A stretch of 64,000 bases of DNA from Moniliella sp. 'wahieum' (GCA_003971905.1 RSEE01000014.1:1-64000), one strand, 5' to 3'; positions 1-12,993 are shown, numbered from the stretch's first letter. Made by a program: numbers and translations. The notes: a model not told the origin generated them from the sequence alone.

Positions 1-292
1 AACTTAAGCATATCAATAAGCGGAGGAAGAGAAACAACATGGATTCCCCTAGTAGCGGCGAGCGAAGCGGGATGAGCCCAGATTTGAAAGCTCCAGCGGG
101 CGCATTGTAAGCTGGAAGACGTGCCTCGTGCGGTGCGGCTGGACGCCAAGTCTGCTGGAAGCAGCATCAGAGAGGTGAGAATCCCGTGCTTGCTTGGCCT
201 GTGCCGTGTTTTGGGGTGCGCTCGACGAGTCGCGTTGTTGGGAATGCAGCGCAAAAGGGGTGGTAAAGGCCATCCAAGGCTAAATATGGGGA

Positions 293-326
<34 letters not shown>

Positions 327-2121
327 ATGAAAAGCACTTTGGAAGAGATAGTTAAAAGTACGTAAATTGCCAAAAGGGAAGCGTTGGAAGTCAGTGCCGG
401 AGCTGCGCCGCGTCTGCCCCTCTCGGGGTGTAAGTGGGCGGCGTGGGGCCCATGTCGGTTGGGTGGGGAGAAGGCGGCGCGGAAGGTGGCTTTCCCTTTG
501 GGGGGAGTGTTATAGCCGCGCTGTGGATGCCCTGCGGACGACCGAGGACTGCCGTGTGTGGACATGGGCTTAATGGCTTTCAGGGCCCGTCTTGAAACAC
601 GGACCAAGGAGTCTAACATGTATGCGAGTATGTGGGTGGCAACCCGGCGTGCGAAATGAAAGTGATGTGGGTACGAACCCTCGGGTGCAGTACCGGCCGG
701 CCCTGCGTGTGCGCACAGAGGGTCTGAGCAAGAGCATACCTGTTGGGACCCGAAAGATGGTGAACTTTGCCTGGCTAGGATGAAGCCAGGGAAACCCTGG
801 TGGAGGTCCGTCGCGGTTCTGACGTGCAAATCGATCGTTTGACTGGGCAAAGGGGCGAAAGACAATCGAACCATCTATAGCTGGTTCCTGCCGAAGTTTC
901 CCTCAGGATAGCAGAAGCTCGTGTGAGAACAATTTTATGAGGTAAAGCGAATGATTAGAGGCCTTGGGGACGAAATGTTCTTAACCTATTCTCAAACTTT
1001 AAATGCGTAAGAAGCACTTGCTGCTTGGTTGAGCTTGTGCGTTGAATGTGAGTTTCTAGTGGGCCATTTTTGGTAAGCAACTGGCGATGCGGATGAACCG
1101 ATCGTGTGGTTAAGGAGCCAGTCACGCTCATGAGACACCACAAAGGTGTTGGTACATCTAGACAGTTGGACGGTGGCCATGGAAGTCGGAATCCGCTAAG
1201 GAGTGGTAACAACTCACCAACCGAAGTACTAGCCCTGAAATGGATGGCGCTGAAGCGTGTCTCCCATACCACACCTTTCGTGCCAGAGTTGTGCGAAAGA
1301 GTAGGCAGGGCGCGGGGGTTTTGTGCCGAAGCGTTGGGCTGAGCCTGCGTGGAACGGCCCCTGGTGAGATCTTGGTGGCAGTAGCAAATATTCAAGCGAG
1401 TAACCTTGAAGACTGAAGTGGAGAAAGGTTCCATGGTAACACAGCAGTTGGACATGGGTGAGCCGATCCTAACCGATAGGCTGATGCTGATCATAGCACC
1501 CTTTTGGGGGGTGGTTCGGGAAAGGGAAGACGGTTAAGATTCCGTCGCCGGGATGAGGATGTATTGAGCGGTAACGCAAGCAAGCCAGGAGACGCTGGCG
1601 AGTACCCCAGGAAGAGTTTTCTTTTCTGCTTAACCATGCTGAGAATGCGCCGTGGAATCGGGTTATCCGGAGAGACGGTGCAGGGCGTGGGAAGAGTGCT
1701 GGCGCTACGCTGGCATCTGGTGTGTGCTCGACGGCCCGTGAAAATCCTGGTGCGTGTCTAGTCTCTCGCCCGTCGTACTGATCACCGCAGCAGGTCTCCA
1801 AGGTGAAGAGCCTCTAGTTGAAACGAGAACGTAGGTAAGGGAAGTCGGCAAATTTGATCCGTAACTTTGGGAAAGGATTGGCTCCAAGGCTTGGGTGCTG
1901 GCCGGGGCGGCGGGTGGCGGCTGGGCTGCCGGGGGCCAAGCTCCTGCGCTGGGCGGCGCGCTGCGGCGCGGTCCGAAAGTGCGCTGAACAAGCGACTTGG
2001 AACTGGTACGGACGCGGGAATCTGACTGTCTAATTAAAACATAGCATTGCGATGGCCATAACGTGGTGTTGACGCAATGTGATTTGCCCAGTGCTCTGAA
2101 TGTCAAAGTGAAGAATTCAAC

Positions 2122-2183
<62 letters not shown>

Positions 2184-2673
2184 TTAATTCGTGACGCGCA
2201 GAATGGATTAACGAGACTCCCACTGTCCCTATCTACTACGTTTGCGAAACCACAGCCTAGGGAACGGCTAGGCATCTACGGCGGGGCAAGAAGACCCTTT
2301 GAGCTTGACTCTAGTTTGACATTGTGAAGAGACTAGGGGGTGTAGGATAAGTGGGAGCGCAAGCGCCAGTGAAATACCACTACCCTTATCGTCTCTTTAC
2401 TTATTCAGTGAGGTGGGCCTGCGAGGAGACTCGCACCTTTGGAATTACGTCGGTTGACAACCCTTCCTGAAGACATTGTCAGGTGGGGAGTTTGGCTGGG
2501 CGCACATCTTTAAACAATACGCAGGTGTCCCAAGGGCAGCTCATGGAGAACAGAAATCTCCAGTAGACCAAAAGGGGAAATGCTGCCTTGATTTTACTCT
2601 TCAGTGTGGATGCAAACCATGAAAGTGTGGCCTATCGATCCTTTTGTTCTCCGGCTTTTGGAGCAGGAGGTGC

Positions 2674-2708
<35 letters not shown>

Positions 2709-2805
2709 AGCCAAGCGTTCATAGCGACGTTGCTTTTTGATCCATTCGGCTCTTCCTATCATGCCGTAGCAAATTCGGCAAGCGTTGGATTGTTCACCCA
2801 CCAAT

Positions 2806-2850
<45 letters not shown>

Positions 2851-3221
2851 ATCCTACCGTAACAAGCGAGTCAACAGTAGTTCCGGCGAGTACGAGAGGA
2901 ACACCCGGGGCCGGGCCTCCAGTTGAGCACCTGTCCGACCGGGCAGAGGTGCGCAGCCGCGCCCGCCGAGTAACACCTGAACGCCTCTAAGGTGGAACTC
3001 GTGCTAGACGCTCGCATGTGCGCTGGACTGGGTACACAATAGCGCAAGCCGTACACACACTGGGGGTCTCTGTGGCGGGGCGACGCCCTTCCACACGCCC
3101 CACAAGATACATGTTAGCACACTACAAATCCCCCGCAGACGACGGGCATGGTCCGAGCGCCGTACGCCGTAAGTGGCTTGTTCCCACGATCGGCTGAAGC
3201 CCATCTCGGCACCTCTGATTC
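1..3221 (+). rRNA. 28S (LSU) rRNA gene, 5'-partial, divergent and GC-rich
   Basis: Starts with AACTTAAGCATATCAATAAGCGGAGG (ITS4 primer region). Contains conserved LSU blocks CCCGTCTTGAAACACGGACCAAGGAG (586), TGACTCTCTTAAGGTAGCCAAATGCC (2151) and the sarcin-ricin loop AGTACGAGAGGAAC (~2889). The 3' end is estimated. Confidence 0.98.
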
Positions 3222-3532
3222 CCCCCCTCCCTCGGGAGGGGGTCCACTGTCCAAGTACGAACCCTAGAAAATACAGAAAAATAGCGCGCCTGCGGCGCAA
3301 GAAAGAAGAAAAAGAGGGAAAGAAAAGAGGGAAACTGCGTGAGCGGCGCCGGACGCTCTATCAGGTTTGAGCCATACCTTTTACTCCTCCTTTTTCAGTG
3401 CTGTTTACCCCCCCCTCTCCGAGCACCCCGAAACCCTACTCACACCAGCTCGCTCCACTGCGGCGATATCCCCCCTCGGGTCTCCCTAGGGCCCCCCTAG
3501 GGTTCTCCCTTAGTCTATTCTCCCTCCCTCCT

Positions 3533-3656
3533 CCCCTGTACTCTCTCCCCCTGGGGTCTGCCCCCAGTAGGGTTCCCCTGTAGCCTCTCCCCCTGGGGTA
3601 TGCCCCCAGTAGGGTTCCCCTGTACTCTCTCCCCCTGGGGTCTGCCCCAGTAGGGT
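3533..3656 (+). repeat. IGS1 42-bp tandem subrepeat x3
   Basis: Unit CCCCTGTACTCTCTCCCCCTGGGGTCTGCCCCCAGTAGGGTT starts at 3533, 3575 and 3617. Each unit has a CTGGGG...CCCCAG inverted repeat. Confidence 0.9.
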
Positions 3657-3767
3657 TGCCCCTTGTGTATTCTCCCCCCCTCCCTTCCTCTCCTACTGGG
3701 CTAGCCCCCAGTACGGTTCCCCCCTCAATACCCCCTCCCCCCCATACCCCCCCTCCAACTCAACAGC

Positions 3768-3848
3768 ATCCGCGGCCATAGAACTGTGAAAGCACCGCAT
3801 CCCGTCCGATCTGCGAAGTTAACCACAGTATCGCCCAGTCAGTACTAC
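3768..3848 (+). rRNA. 5S rRNA gene, 3'-truncated (first 81 nt only), same orientation as 28S
   Basis: ATCCGCGGCCATAGAACTGTGAAAGCACCGCATCCCGTCCGATCTGCGAAGTTAACCACAGTATCGCCCAGTCAGTACTAC matches basidiomycete 5S. The expected GGTGGGGGACC... continuation is absent. Confidence 0.93.
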
Positions 3849-4496
3849 ACACTTCACCATATAGAGCTTATATATAGTCGCTGCACCTACCCACCGCTCC
3901 CCCCTCCGTAACCTATAGAGTCCATATATATACAGTTTTGCGTACGGTTGCAGCATCGTGCTTCCCTCGGCACTGTTCACCCTATAGCGTGGACACCCTC
4001 GAAGCGCGGCTTGGAATTATAATTAACCCTAGTTCATTCTGTTGCTGCTGCGGAGTCGCAACCCTAGTGCCGCGATTGCCAGTGAACTGTGCTGGTTTTC
4101 GGGCCGCCCCCTATCCTCTCACACCACACGTATGCCAAGGCATCGCTCTGACCACCACCACCTTCAGCATGAGTGTTAACTCTGTCGCCTGAGTCCGCGG
4201 CATGACCAATGCGGGGCCATGCACGGCATCGGGGCGCAGAGCCATGTTCGATTCGTCCCAACCGGTGCTCATTTCTCTTGGCCACTCGCATCCTCCCACA
4301 ACCCAGTCTTCCCCTTCCAATTGCCCTTTGTGCCGGCGAAGCGCCTAAGCCGAGAAGCGCAACGACATGCCGAACGTCAGCTCACTCATCGGCTGACCGC
4401 ATGCCCGCTTGGAGTGACTAGTAAGTCCCCACTATTGCCTCGCTCGCTCAGCGCTAACTATCAATGTGAAGGTATGATGTGCGTTGCGGGATCGCT

Positions 4497-4565
4497 TGTC
4501 CCCTTCGACTGCGTTGCGAAACCACAGCCTAGGGAACGGGCTAGGTGACTACGGCGGGGCAAGAA
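4497..4565 (+). repeat. Dispersed 28S rRNA fragment, copy 1 (matches 2224-2292)
   Basis: 26-nt exact match TTGCGAAACCACAGCCTAGGGAACGG (4514-4539 = 2242-2267) and 17-nt exact match CTACGGCGGGGCAAGAA (4549-4565 = 2276-2292). Confidence 0.92.
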
Positions 4566-4581
4566 TGTTTGTACGACGACG

Positions 4582-5250
4582 ATGCGCCCTCGACAAGGCG
4601 AGGGGTGCTCCCGCTTCGGGCATACGGCAGCGGTCTGCCAACAGCGGCGACTGGGGGCAAGAAGTGTGGCCTGTGCCGTATCCCCGGTCACCGACGCGAC
4701 CAATGCCAGGACGTGATTGATTCGCCGATCAGGGCGATTGCTCGCAAGAAAGGGGTACCCCCCAGCAAGTTGAATGCAGCACAGAAGACTCGTGGCGAAG
4801 GGGTCGGAGCGAATGGGATGGCAACAGCGGCTGCCGCGTTGGATGTGTCCCGGACAAGCGCGTGTGGTTCATCTGAAAGAGACGTGGTCGTGTTTACTAC
4901 TCCCCCTCCGAGTCGGAGGGGGAGTTTTTTGGCGGCGGTCAAGACGCCAGCGAGGCCCACGATGGGGGCGGGCGTGGTCGTGGGGCGTCAATGGGGCAGG
5001 TGCACCGGTCGACGCAGAGGGCAGCGCTCAACGCTTTTTTTGGGCGCAGGGCTGCCGTTGCGGAGGCGGCCTTCGTCCCCTTGCCGGGTGGATCCGACGA
5101 TGGGTTGGAGTCGGGCAAGGAAGCAGGGGACGGAATGGGAAGCGAGTGGGGTGGATCGGAGGGCGAGGAGGGCCCGACAATGAGGGTGAGGGGGCAGCTC
5201 GGGGCGGGCCTGCTCGAGGCGGCCTTTGGTCCACCCCCCCGGTCTAGCCC
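4582..5250 (+). mobile_element. Degenerate ORF with tandem N-terminal CCHC zinc knuckles; probable 5' part of a retroelement
   Basis: ATG at 4582 reads MRPRQGEGCSRFGHTAAVC, a knuckle whose first Cys is replaced by Gly. Adding one G to the G5 run at 4653-4657 continues the frame into GKKCGLCRIPGHRRDQC (perfect CX2CX4HX4C), followed by low-complexity sequence. Confidence 0.6.
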
Positions 5251-5519
5251 CTGGCCATGCTCCTTCCAGGGCAAAGAAAACATGCCATGTTCACCAACGT
5301 CGCTTGGGGCACCATGCTAGCCATCGCCACCACGCTCTCACACGTCGCTCCTCCTCACCAGCCCGTTACGTCCACCAACACTGCCACCACAGTAAACGCC
5401 ACTACTAAGCAGGTGCGTTGTTGCAGCGTTGGACATACGTCTGCATGCACATCCCCCCTCCCTCCTGCTTCTATTCTGCTCACCACCCACGTCTACTCTG
5501 CGTTGCCCCCCCCTCCCCA

Positions 5520-7190
5520 GGCCCAGCATACGGCTCCACGCACCGGGCATATGCCATTTGTCGTTCTTAAGGTGGGCCTACCGACATCCACGTCCGGTTG
5601 AGCGCTTCGGCGTTCTCTAGCAGCCTGGCCCAACTCGGGCGGCAGCTCGGTCAGTAGCTTCGTCTGTTGGTCGGCAAACATGGCGGTCGTCCGTTCCCGC
5701 TGCGACTGTCGGGTGGCCGCTGGCGCGTCTCTCTCTCTCTCTCTCTCCGGTCGGCAGCCAGCAATCACCGTTTCCACCCACACATCCGCCTCCTCGCATG
5801 AGGCCGCCCGCGCGTGGGGAGCAACGTCGAGGTGGGAGAAGAAGCCAAGCCCATCACTCCGGGCGGGCAGGGAAAGAAGAGCTTCGTCCCCCGTTGTCCC
5901 TCCACATCGTTCGGGTCGGCGCCCCGAATGGCCTTGACCTCTTGCCACAGCTGCACGTCAATCTCGCGCAACTCATCCACGAGATCGTCCGTCCGCATGC
6001 AGCGCAGCAAATGGCGGAGGTTGTGCTGCAGGCACGACCGCAAGAGCAGCAGCCGATCCTGCAGCAGGAGACCATGCAGGGCGGGGTAGCGAGAGGCTTG
6101 GTCCGCAATCTTGTCCCGCAGAAAGGCCAGGCGGGCGTCCCGGGGCCCAATGCACGAGCCGAGGACCTTGGCACCCTGGGCCTGCATCTCTTGCACGCTG
6201 GTGACTTTGGTCTTGGCCACGTTGAGCTCCACCCCGTCTTTCCGTGCTTCAGGGTGCCGGACACGAGCGACAGTGCGTTGGGCTCGCGCGCCAGCAGGTA
6301 GGTGTCGTCCAGGTAGGATACGACGACACCCGTGTCGCCGAGCGCGCGCTGGGCCGCGGCGAGCCTGTCCCGGATCGCGACGGAAAAGAAAAAGGGGCCA
6401 AAGGGATCGCCTTGCCGGACGCCTTGCTGGCTGACAATCGTGCGCACGTTCCCCGCACCGCCCGCGACCAGCTGCGTGTGCTGTCCGTATGCCCAGCGGT
6501 AAAAGGGCACCAGCTCGCGGCAGTGGTCGTTGACGGCCTGCGCCATCACATGTCGGTCCACGCTGTTGAACGCGTTCGTAAAGTCGAGCGACGTCACATA
6601 CTTGAACCGGTCCTCCCACTCGGGGCCGTTGCCTTGGTCGCCTCCGGTGACGACGCGGTCCAGCAGCCGCACAATCGGCTCCACGCCGCCCTTGGACTTG
6701 ACACCCAGCTGGGTGGGCAAGAGGGGCGAGCGGACGTCGATGTGCAGCAGGAGGATCGTGGCCAGGAGCCGGTAGATGAGCTCCCCACAGGCAATGGGGC
6801 GCACACCGCCGTCCGGCTTGGCAAGAGCCGTGAGCCTGCTGGTGCAGAGCAGCTGGGCGCCGGGGCAGGTGCCGGCGTACATGGCAGTAGCCATGGACTT
6901 GACAGCCGCCTTAAAGTCGTCGTGTTGGAGCGCGAGCCGCAGCAGCGGCTGGGACCAGCCACTGACGCCGCTCCCACGTCGCGGGAGAAGCTAGCAGCAG
7001 CACGGTCCACATCCTTGTCTTGAACCTCGAGATCTTCCAGCAGGTGGCCCTCGTCGTCCTCGATCGCGTCGCCGGTCAGCGTCGGCGGCGGGCGCTCGGC
7101 GACCTGCCGGACCACAATACCAGCCATCGGGTTGCGCGGGCCGGTCGGGTGCTTGTCCTGCAGCGACTGGTAGATACGGAGGACCGACTG
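5520..7190 (-). mobile_element. CRE-clade (Cnl1/MoTeR-like) non-LTR retrotransposon RT, copy 1; truncated and frameshifted, no endonuclease domain
   Basis: LQDKHPTGP, LAKPDGGVRPIACGELIYR, LDFTNAFNSVDR, GVRQGDPFGPFFFS, SYLDDTYL, LLLRSCLQHNLRHLLR, LSLPARSDGLGF and LENAEALNRTWM, then a degenerate CPVxGAVC. Confidence 0.92.
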
Positions 7191-8624
7191 GCGTATCTGG
7201 CGCCCAAGAACGTACGTATGATGATGATCTTTTCAGGGTCGTGGCGCGACCCCCCAGAAAAGGAACCGGAGGGGACGATATACTTACTGGATACACTTTG
7301 CCTTATCAGTTCGACCCAGGTTCGCAAGATGCTGAGCACTTAACCCCCACGTGTTTGTCGCCATGGAAGGCACGGCCCACCCCCAAGGAGCATCCTCCTT
7401 TTGACTTGAGTAATAGAGTTGCCTCCTTGGGCTGGCACACTATGCATGGCTCAGTGTTGACGAGCACATCTCTGCTTCATCCCTTGCCCCCTCGTCTACC
7501 TTGCTCCAGCTACGAATGTTCCTCTTGACTGGGATATCCGCGCGTGGCAAGGCTACTGTCGGCATTGTTCGCTTAGGATCGTCGCTGCCCCGCTGCCCAG
7601 ATTGTGATGGCGGTACGTTACCCACGCTCTCTTGTGCATTCCAAGTTACTGACAATCAGAGTAGATCAAACGCCCCACCAAGGAACCTGCCTGGATCAAT
7701 ACCCCTTTCCCAAGCATACGAGCGTACGCGGTGGCCATGGAGGAACTGCCCCACTTGACGATTGGCAACTGCACTGGCAAAGAAAGTACCCGCTCCACCC
7801 CCCTTCCGTGGAGTCTGCTCGGACGATCCTGATTGCCATTTGGCCGGGCGGAGACGTGCGAAGGCGGTGTCGGACCGGCACTCGCCTCTTTTAGCGGCCG
7901 GGCGCCACCCCTGCCGGATGGCCAGCTGTTTCTGGGCAACACGGCGGAAGCCTTCCACGCCATCTGCAGCGCTTCCTGCGGCAGGCGGGTCTGGAGCGGC
8001 TGTTGCTCGTGCGAAGGGAGAGACTAGGTTGGTAGTTTTTCTTGGCCGCAACGAGAGATGTTAGGCGACACAGCGAGCACCCCGACGAACAACAACAATC
8101 GACCGCCTCCGCGCTCGGCGCCCTCGCGGAGTCCGAGGAGCAGCTCGCAGGGCACGCCATGGACATGGCCTCGACGGCAGCTGCAGAGCATGGTGCTGGG
8201 CGGGACAACGGCCAAGGGGGTAGCCCAATGGCTGCGGCGACGGGGACAACGGGGACGACGGCGGTGAGGCGGGAGGCGTGGACGAGACGCGAGGGGACGC
8301 AGGATGCGCGACCAAAAGGCGCACTGGGTGCGCTGCGTGTCGAATGGGCGGGTCGGTAGACAAGCGCCGCTTTGCTTGGTGCGCTGTGCTGCCGAGCGTG
8401 GCAAACGCCTACTGCTGTCCCCAAGAATCGGCAGCGTAGGTTGGTTCGTGGCCAAGTCGGGCCGGTAGGGACGGGCCCGCCAAGGAGGGGGTACGTGGGC
8501 CGCGCAGCCACGCGCGGCGAGGGTCCAATGGCGGGAGTGTGGTGCTGGTGTGGGTGCGGGTGCCCCCAACGGCACAGCCCTGGGCCGCTCGGCGTCGTCG
8601 CGTTGAGGCCGCCGCGTCGGTTTA

Positions 8625-10600
8625 ACGCAGTTGCAATTCATCCACATTGGCTGCGGCCACCACCTACAACCCTAGCACCCCGCTGAATTTAATCTCGTCG
8701 CGTCTGCGCGGCTTTTGCTTCTGCGCCACCAGCCAGCACTGTCGGGCCGCTGCTGCAGCTCGCGTCCCAGCTTCTCCTCTCGCTGTACACCGAGCCGGAT
8801 GCGTTGCTCATGGCGCCCCTTGCCTCCGCTTCTTGGTCCGCTTCTTGCGGTCCATCCTTGTCCATGCAGCGCCCGATGCGAGCGCGCGGCTGGGAGGCAG
8901 GCCTAGGCGATCGGCTCCAACAGCAGGCCCCCATCTCGAGTCATCGCTACAAAGAACCTGGCCTTCTGTGCAAACGTGGACCGTGTCCTTCCCGATTCGG
9001 CTGCTTCTGCTCAAAGCGTGGTCGACACGATGCGTGGCGGAATACAAATCAACCTGAAGGCGGCCCACCCTTGGGGTACTGACAACTGGATTGTGCGTGT
9101 GGTGGCAACGAGGGCGGCAGTAGGGATTGCCCACTCCCCTTTGCTGGTCAGCAGCATGCATCGTGCACACCTCTCAGAGCCAGCAGCGCCCCAACCAACA
9201 GCAACACCACTTGCGGATGATTCATTTGCTGGTATTTTCCGCCCTCCCATTTGCGTTGCACATTGGCCAACGGCAGCGCGCCAACCTCACTCCCCGATGG
9301 AGCGCCGACAGCCTCCTTGTATCGATTTAGTTGTCTCCCCAAATCGGCCGTGCTTGGGCTCCCAAGAGCAACCATTTGCCACAAAGGCTTGGTGGCAACT
9401 GGCGTACGCAGAAGTGGACCCATGACCTCTGAGCAGCTGTGCGTGTGTTTGGGCTTGTTGGAGTGGGGTGCAGCAACAAACGTTTGCCACATCAACCTGT
9501 GGAGCATTCTTGACGTGGGTACGATCTTTACCTTTGCAACGCGGGTGCCAACAATGACGACATTCCGGTATTTTTGCCAGCAGTTGCACTGGCAAGGTGG
9601 GGTTGGATATAGGGCCCTTCATTACTGTGAGGCTGGTCGTACCGCCGCTTCCTCCATCGACGAGTGAGGCTGGGCTCATATTCCCCATGTCCCTCATGGC
9701 GGTGTTGCGACCAAGACGGGGTTACGCTTCCATCAAGGTACACTGCGGCGCGGCGTGGCATCGTGTCGTTCCGTTTCTGTTGCGTTTACATCCGCAAAAG
9801 TCTATCGCGCCGCCGCTTTCTTTTCGGCCTTACGGCCACGCCGAATTGCTAGACGTGCGAATCATTTGTACGCTATCTTGCGCAGCGTTGGTACCGCTCT
9901 ACGACTATATGTTTCTCTGGTACGAAAGCACCCATGCCTTACTCTACTGTCATATACTGACCAGCGCACTAAACAGGTACAAACTTATCTTGCCGGAGAC
10001 GAATAGCCGATGGAAACAAGAAAGTCATCACCCCCCATCTGCAGAGGTATCGCCTCCGCACCAGATTCATCACCCCGCCAGGCAACGACAACGTCGGGTG
10101 ATGGTCGGGGGGCTGCCAGGTCCCACCGCCTACGTGGACCGGGGGCGCTCCCAATGAACACAATGGGCACGCTCTGCAAGAGGCTTGGGGTCTATTCTAA
10201 TGACGTGGTTCGAACCATTGCCGGTGCATACCGCGACGTGTGTCGATGAAGAAGGAGACGCGCATCCGGAGATGGCCTCGGTCACGCTTGAGGAATGAGG
10301 GACAGCTTGGTGGTATGCGACCAACAGGATGAAAAGAAGTCCTGCTACTGATCGGCCCTGATGTGCTTGGTCGCGGCGCTCACCCCCTCGAGGATTTACT
10401 TCCAGGATGGGCCGAGCGCGCCAACTTTGTTGGTATGAATGTCGATGCTTGTACGTGGTCCACATTCTTCTGTCGTGGCACAAGTTGCTGACATTTGTCA
10501 TTGATCAGGCGCTGTCCTGGAGGCAATCGGGTCCCACGCGTCATGCAGCCCTTCAATTCGTCACGTCAACGCCCCCCCCGCCAGTCATTCAACGTGCCAA
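8625..10600 (+). pseudogene. Decayed copy of an unidentified intron-containing multicopy gene family
   Basis: Homologous to 12560-12960, 19885-20830, 23205-23800 and 25927-27250. Has a GTACG...CTGAC...ACAG intron at 9920-9976. No domain recognised. Confidence 0.55.
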
Positions 10601-12993
10601 TTGAGGGTACGTCGACATGGCACTGCCATGTTTAGCTATCGGCGCTGCACCACAAGCCACGCAAAGCCGGCTTCGCACTCCCTGCAGTTCCGCCGGCACA
10701 GAGGGCCCTCAAGTTGCTACCGAGGAGCAAGTGCTGTTCGATGCTGTTATGTTATGCGGGGCCGGTACGGGGGTGCGGGGGGCGTTCGGCCGCAGTGGGT
10801 TTCCTTTCGCACAATCACAGCACTACGAAAGAAGATGGGGGTCGGCGGCGACAGGCTTGTCTGCTGCCAGAGAACGCGTTTGCTAACCGAGCAGGCCGGC
10901 CCAGCCGCAGTCCCATTGCGTCACCCTTGCACGAAACCAGGCCTGTCGTTGCCATTCAGGAGGATGAAGGGCGCCGCATCTCGAACCCCTGAAGAGGATG
11001 CTGATGGTGCAGCTCGCGTCAATGAGCCTCGCTCTCGATTGAATATTGACGATTGATGCGATGGTTGGTCCGCCGCGCTTGCCGTTCGAGTGGGGTGTCG
11101 ACCACCCCCAAACCCAAGCCGTGTCGGAGTGCATCCTCAGCCTCACATCTTCTGTCTGCCACCCCCTGATCATTCGCCACTCCTTATCATTTACATTTCC
11201 TCGTTCCCCCTGCCCCAACCCTCGCCCCCCCCGTGTTCCTGGGCAGGTACCCACACGGCCAGCTCCTGGTACGGTTCTTGCGGCATGCCCTTGTGCATGC
11301 AAAGATAGCGGCTGTCATCACGACAGCCGTCGTTGGAGCGGTGGCCCAGTTAGTCGCTCGAATTGTCTCGTTATCTGTCCCGCAACAATCACTGTCCCCG
11401 CGAGCGCATGTGTACCGCAGGTCCTAACCAAGAGAAGCAAGGCGGTGGGTATGCCATCCCGTCAATCTGGTCTGGCTTAATGGCCTCCTGACCATTTTTG
11501 TCCCAAGTGGATCTAAGCTGTCTTGCTCGTGCTTGCTTGCGTTAGGCGCATCATCTTGGGGAACTTGTTGCTGGCACTGCACTCCGGGAGAGCCAAACAT
11601 GGTCATTCATGCCTTGCGGCTGTCTTGCAGTGATCCCGCCACACAGACGCCTCTGAACTCCACCGCCCAAGGAACATCATTCGCCATCAAACGGCCTGGC
11701 GACTGCAATGTTGGAGACTGGTTCCGCTATTCTTCCAGTGCGGCGGCGCAGCTTCATGAGGCCCTGGTACTGTTTTCGTGCAGTGTTGTACACCTTGTTC
11801 GAGCCCTACAAATGTGGCGCGATGTCGCCGCCGTTCCCGACGATAGGATTAGCTGCTGTCGCTATGGGCGGTATCTCTGAAACTCTTGGTGCGCACATGC
11901 GTTTCGACAAAGCTTACTGGCCCAGATTATGACGATGGTACGTTGGCCCCGCTCTATTGTACTCTCTTGTGGTGCGAGTTACTGACAACCGACGCAGACC
12001 GAACACAGTGCCAGTAGCAATTGGGACGAACGTGCTTGCCCAAAGAAACTGCCTGTATCAATGCCTCTCAGCCAGAGCATGCGACGCGTACGCGGTGAAC
12101 GTGCAGGCACCGCTCCGCTTGACGCCGCCCTCGCTAGACAAGTGCGCGCACTGCTCTCCCCTCTGTTGTACGGAAGGCGTGGGTTGGGGTTTGGACAGCA
12201 AGGGATGTGCGAAACCAGTATCCGACGTGCTCCACCCGCCCGCTTCAGCAGCTGTGCGCCAGGCCTGCGTGGTAGCGAGCTGTGTCTGGCCAACACGGCG
12301 GGCACCTTGCCGCCGTCGGCAACGCTCCCTCCTGCAGTGCAAGTCACAGGGCTGCTACGGCGGCAGCAGACAGCCGAGCAGCCGAGCACCCCGCAAACAG
12401 CAATCGACTGCCTCTCCGCGAGACGCGCAGAAAGGGCTGTTCCCGTCGTGGGGTTAATGTTAAACGTGCGTTTGCCGCCGCGCTTGGCGCGCAGAAGCTC
12501 CTCCACATTGGCCGCGGCCGCACCGCCCAAGCCCCCCTCCCCGATTCTGGCCTGGCTGCGTTAGGACCGCTTTGCCTCTCCACGACCTACCCGCTGGGAC
12601 TCTGCTATGGCCCATGTCCTTGCTTCCTTCTCGCGCTGCGCACCAAGCCGTATGCGTGCTCACGGGGGCCCACGCCCCTCGGCTCCGCTCTTTGCTGTCC
12701 ATCCTTGTCGATGCAGTGCCTGAACTGACATCGAGAGCGCGGTTGCGTTACCGAGCTCGACATGATGCGCAGCTGTGGAATGCAAATCAACCTGGAGGCG
12801 ACCCCCCATGGGATGCCGTATCTTTGATGGTGGTGATTCCTGTACGTGTCCATTTCCTTCTGCTGAAACCCAAGTTGCTGACGTTTCACCTTAGCTGGAC
12901 GCAGCTCTAGAGGCAATGTGCGCGCACTCAAGCAGCCCTGAACTCGCCACGTCAACGTCCCCCAGCCAGTTGGGCAAAGCGCCAATACACTTG

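Noticed and set aside
2150..2300. R2/R1 insertion or group I intron in this 28S copy
   Set aside because: The sequence is continuous through the R2 and R1 sites and the proposed new site.
49..3300. ORFs overlapping the 28S gene
   Set aside because: These are spurious frames on or antisense to rRNA.
4395..4425. Resemblance of GCATGCCCGCTTGGAGTG to the 5.8S 3' end
   Set aside because: Too short and mismatched, with no upstream 5.8S similarity.
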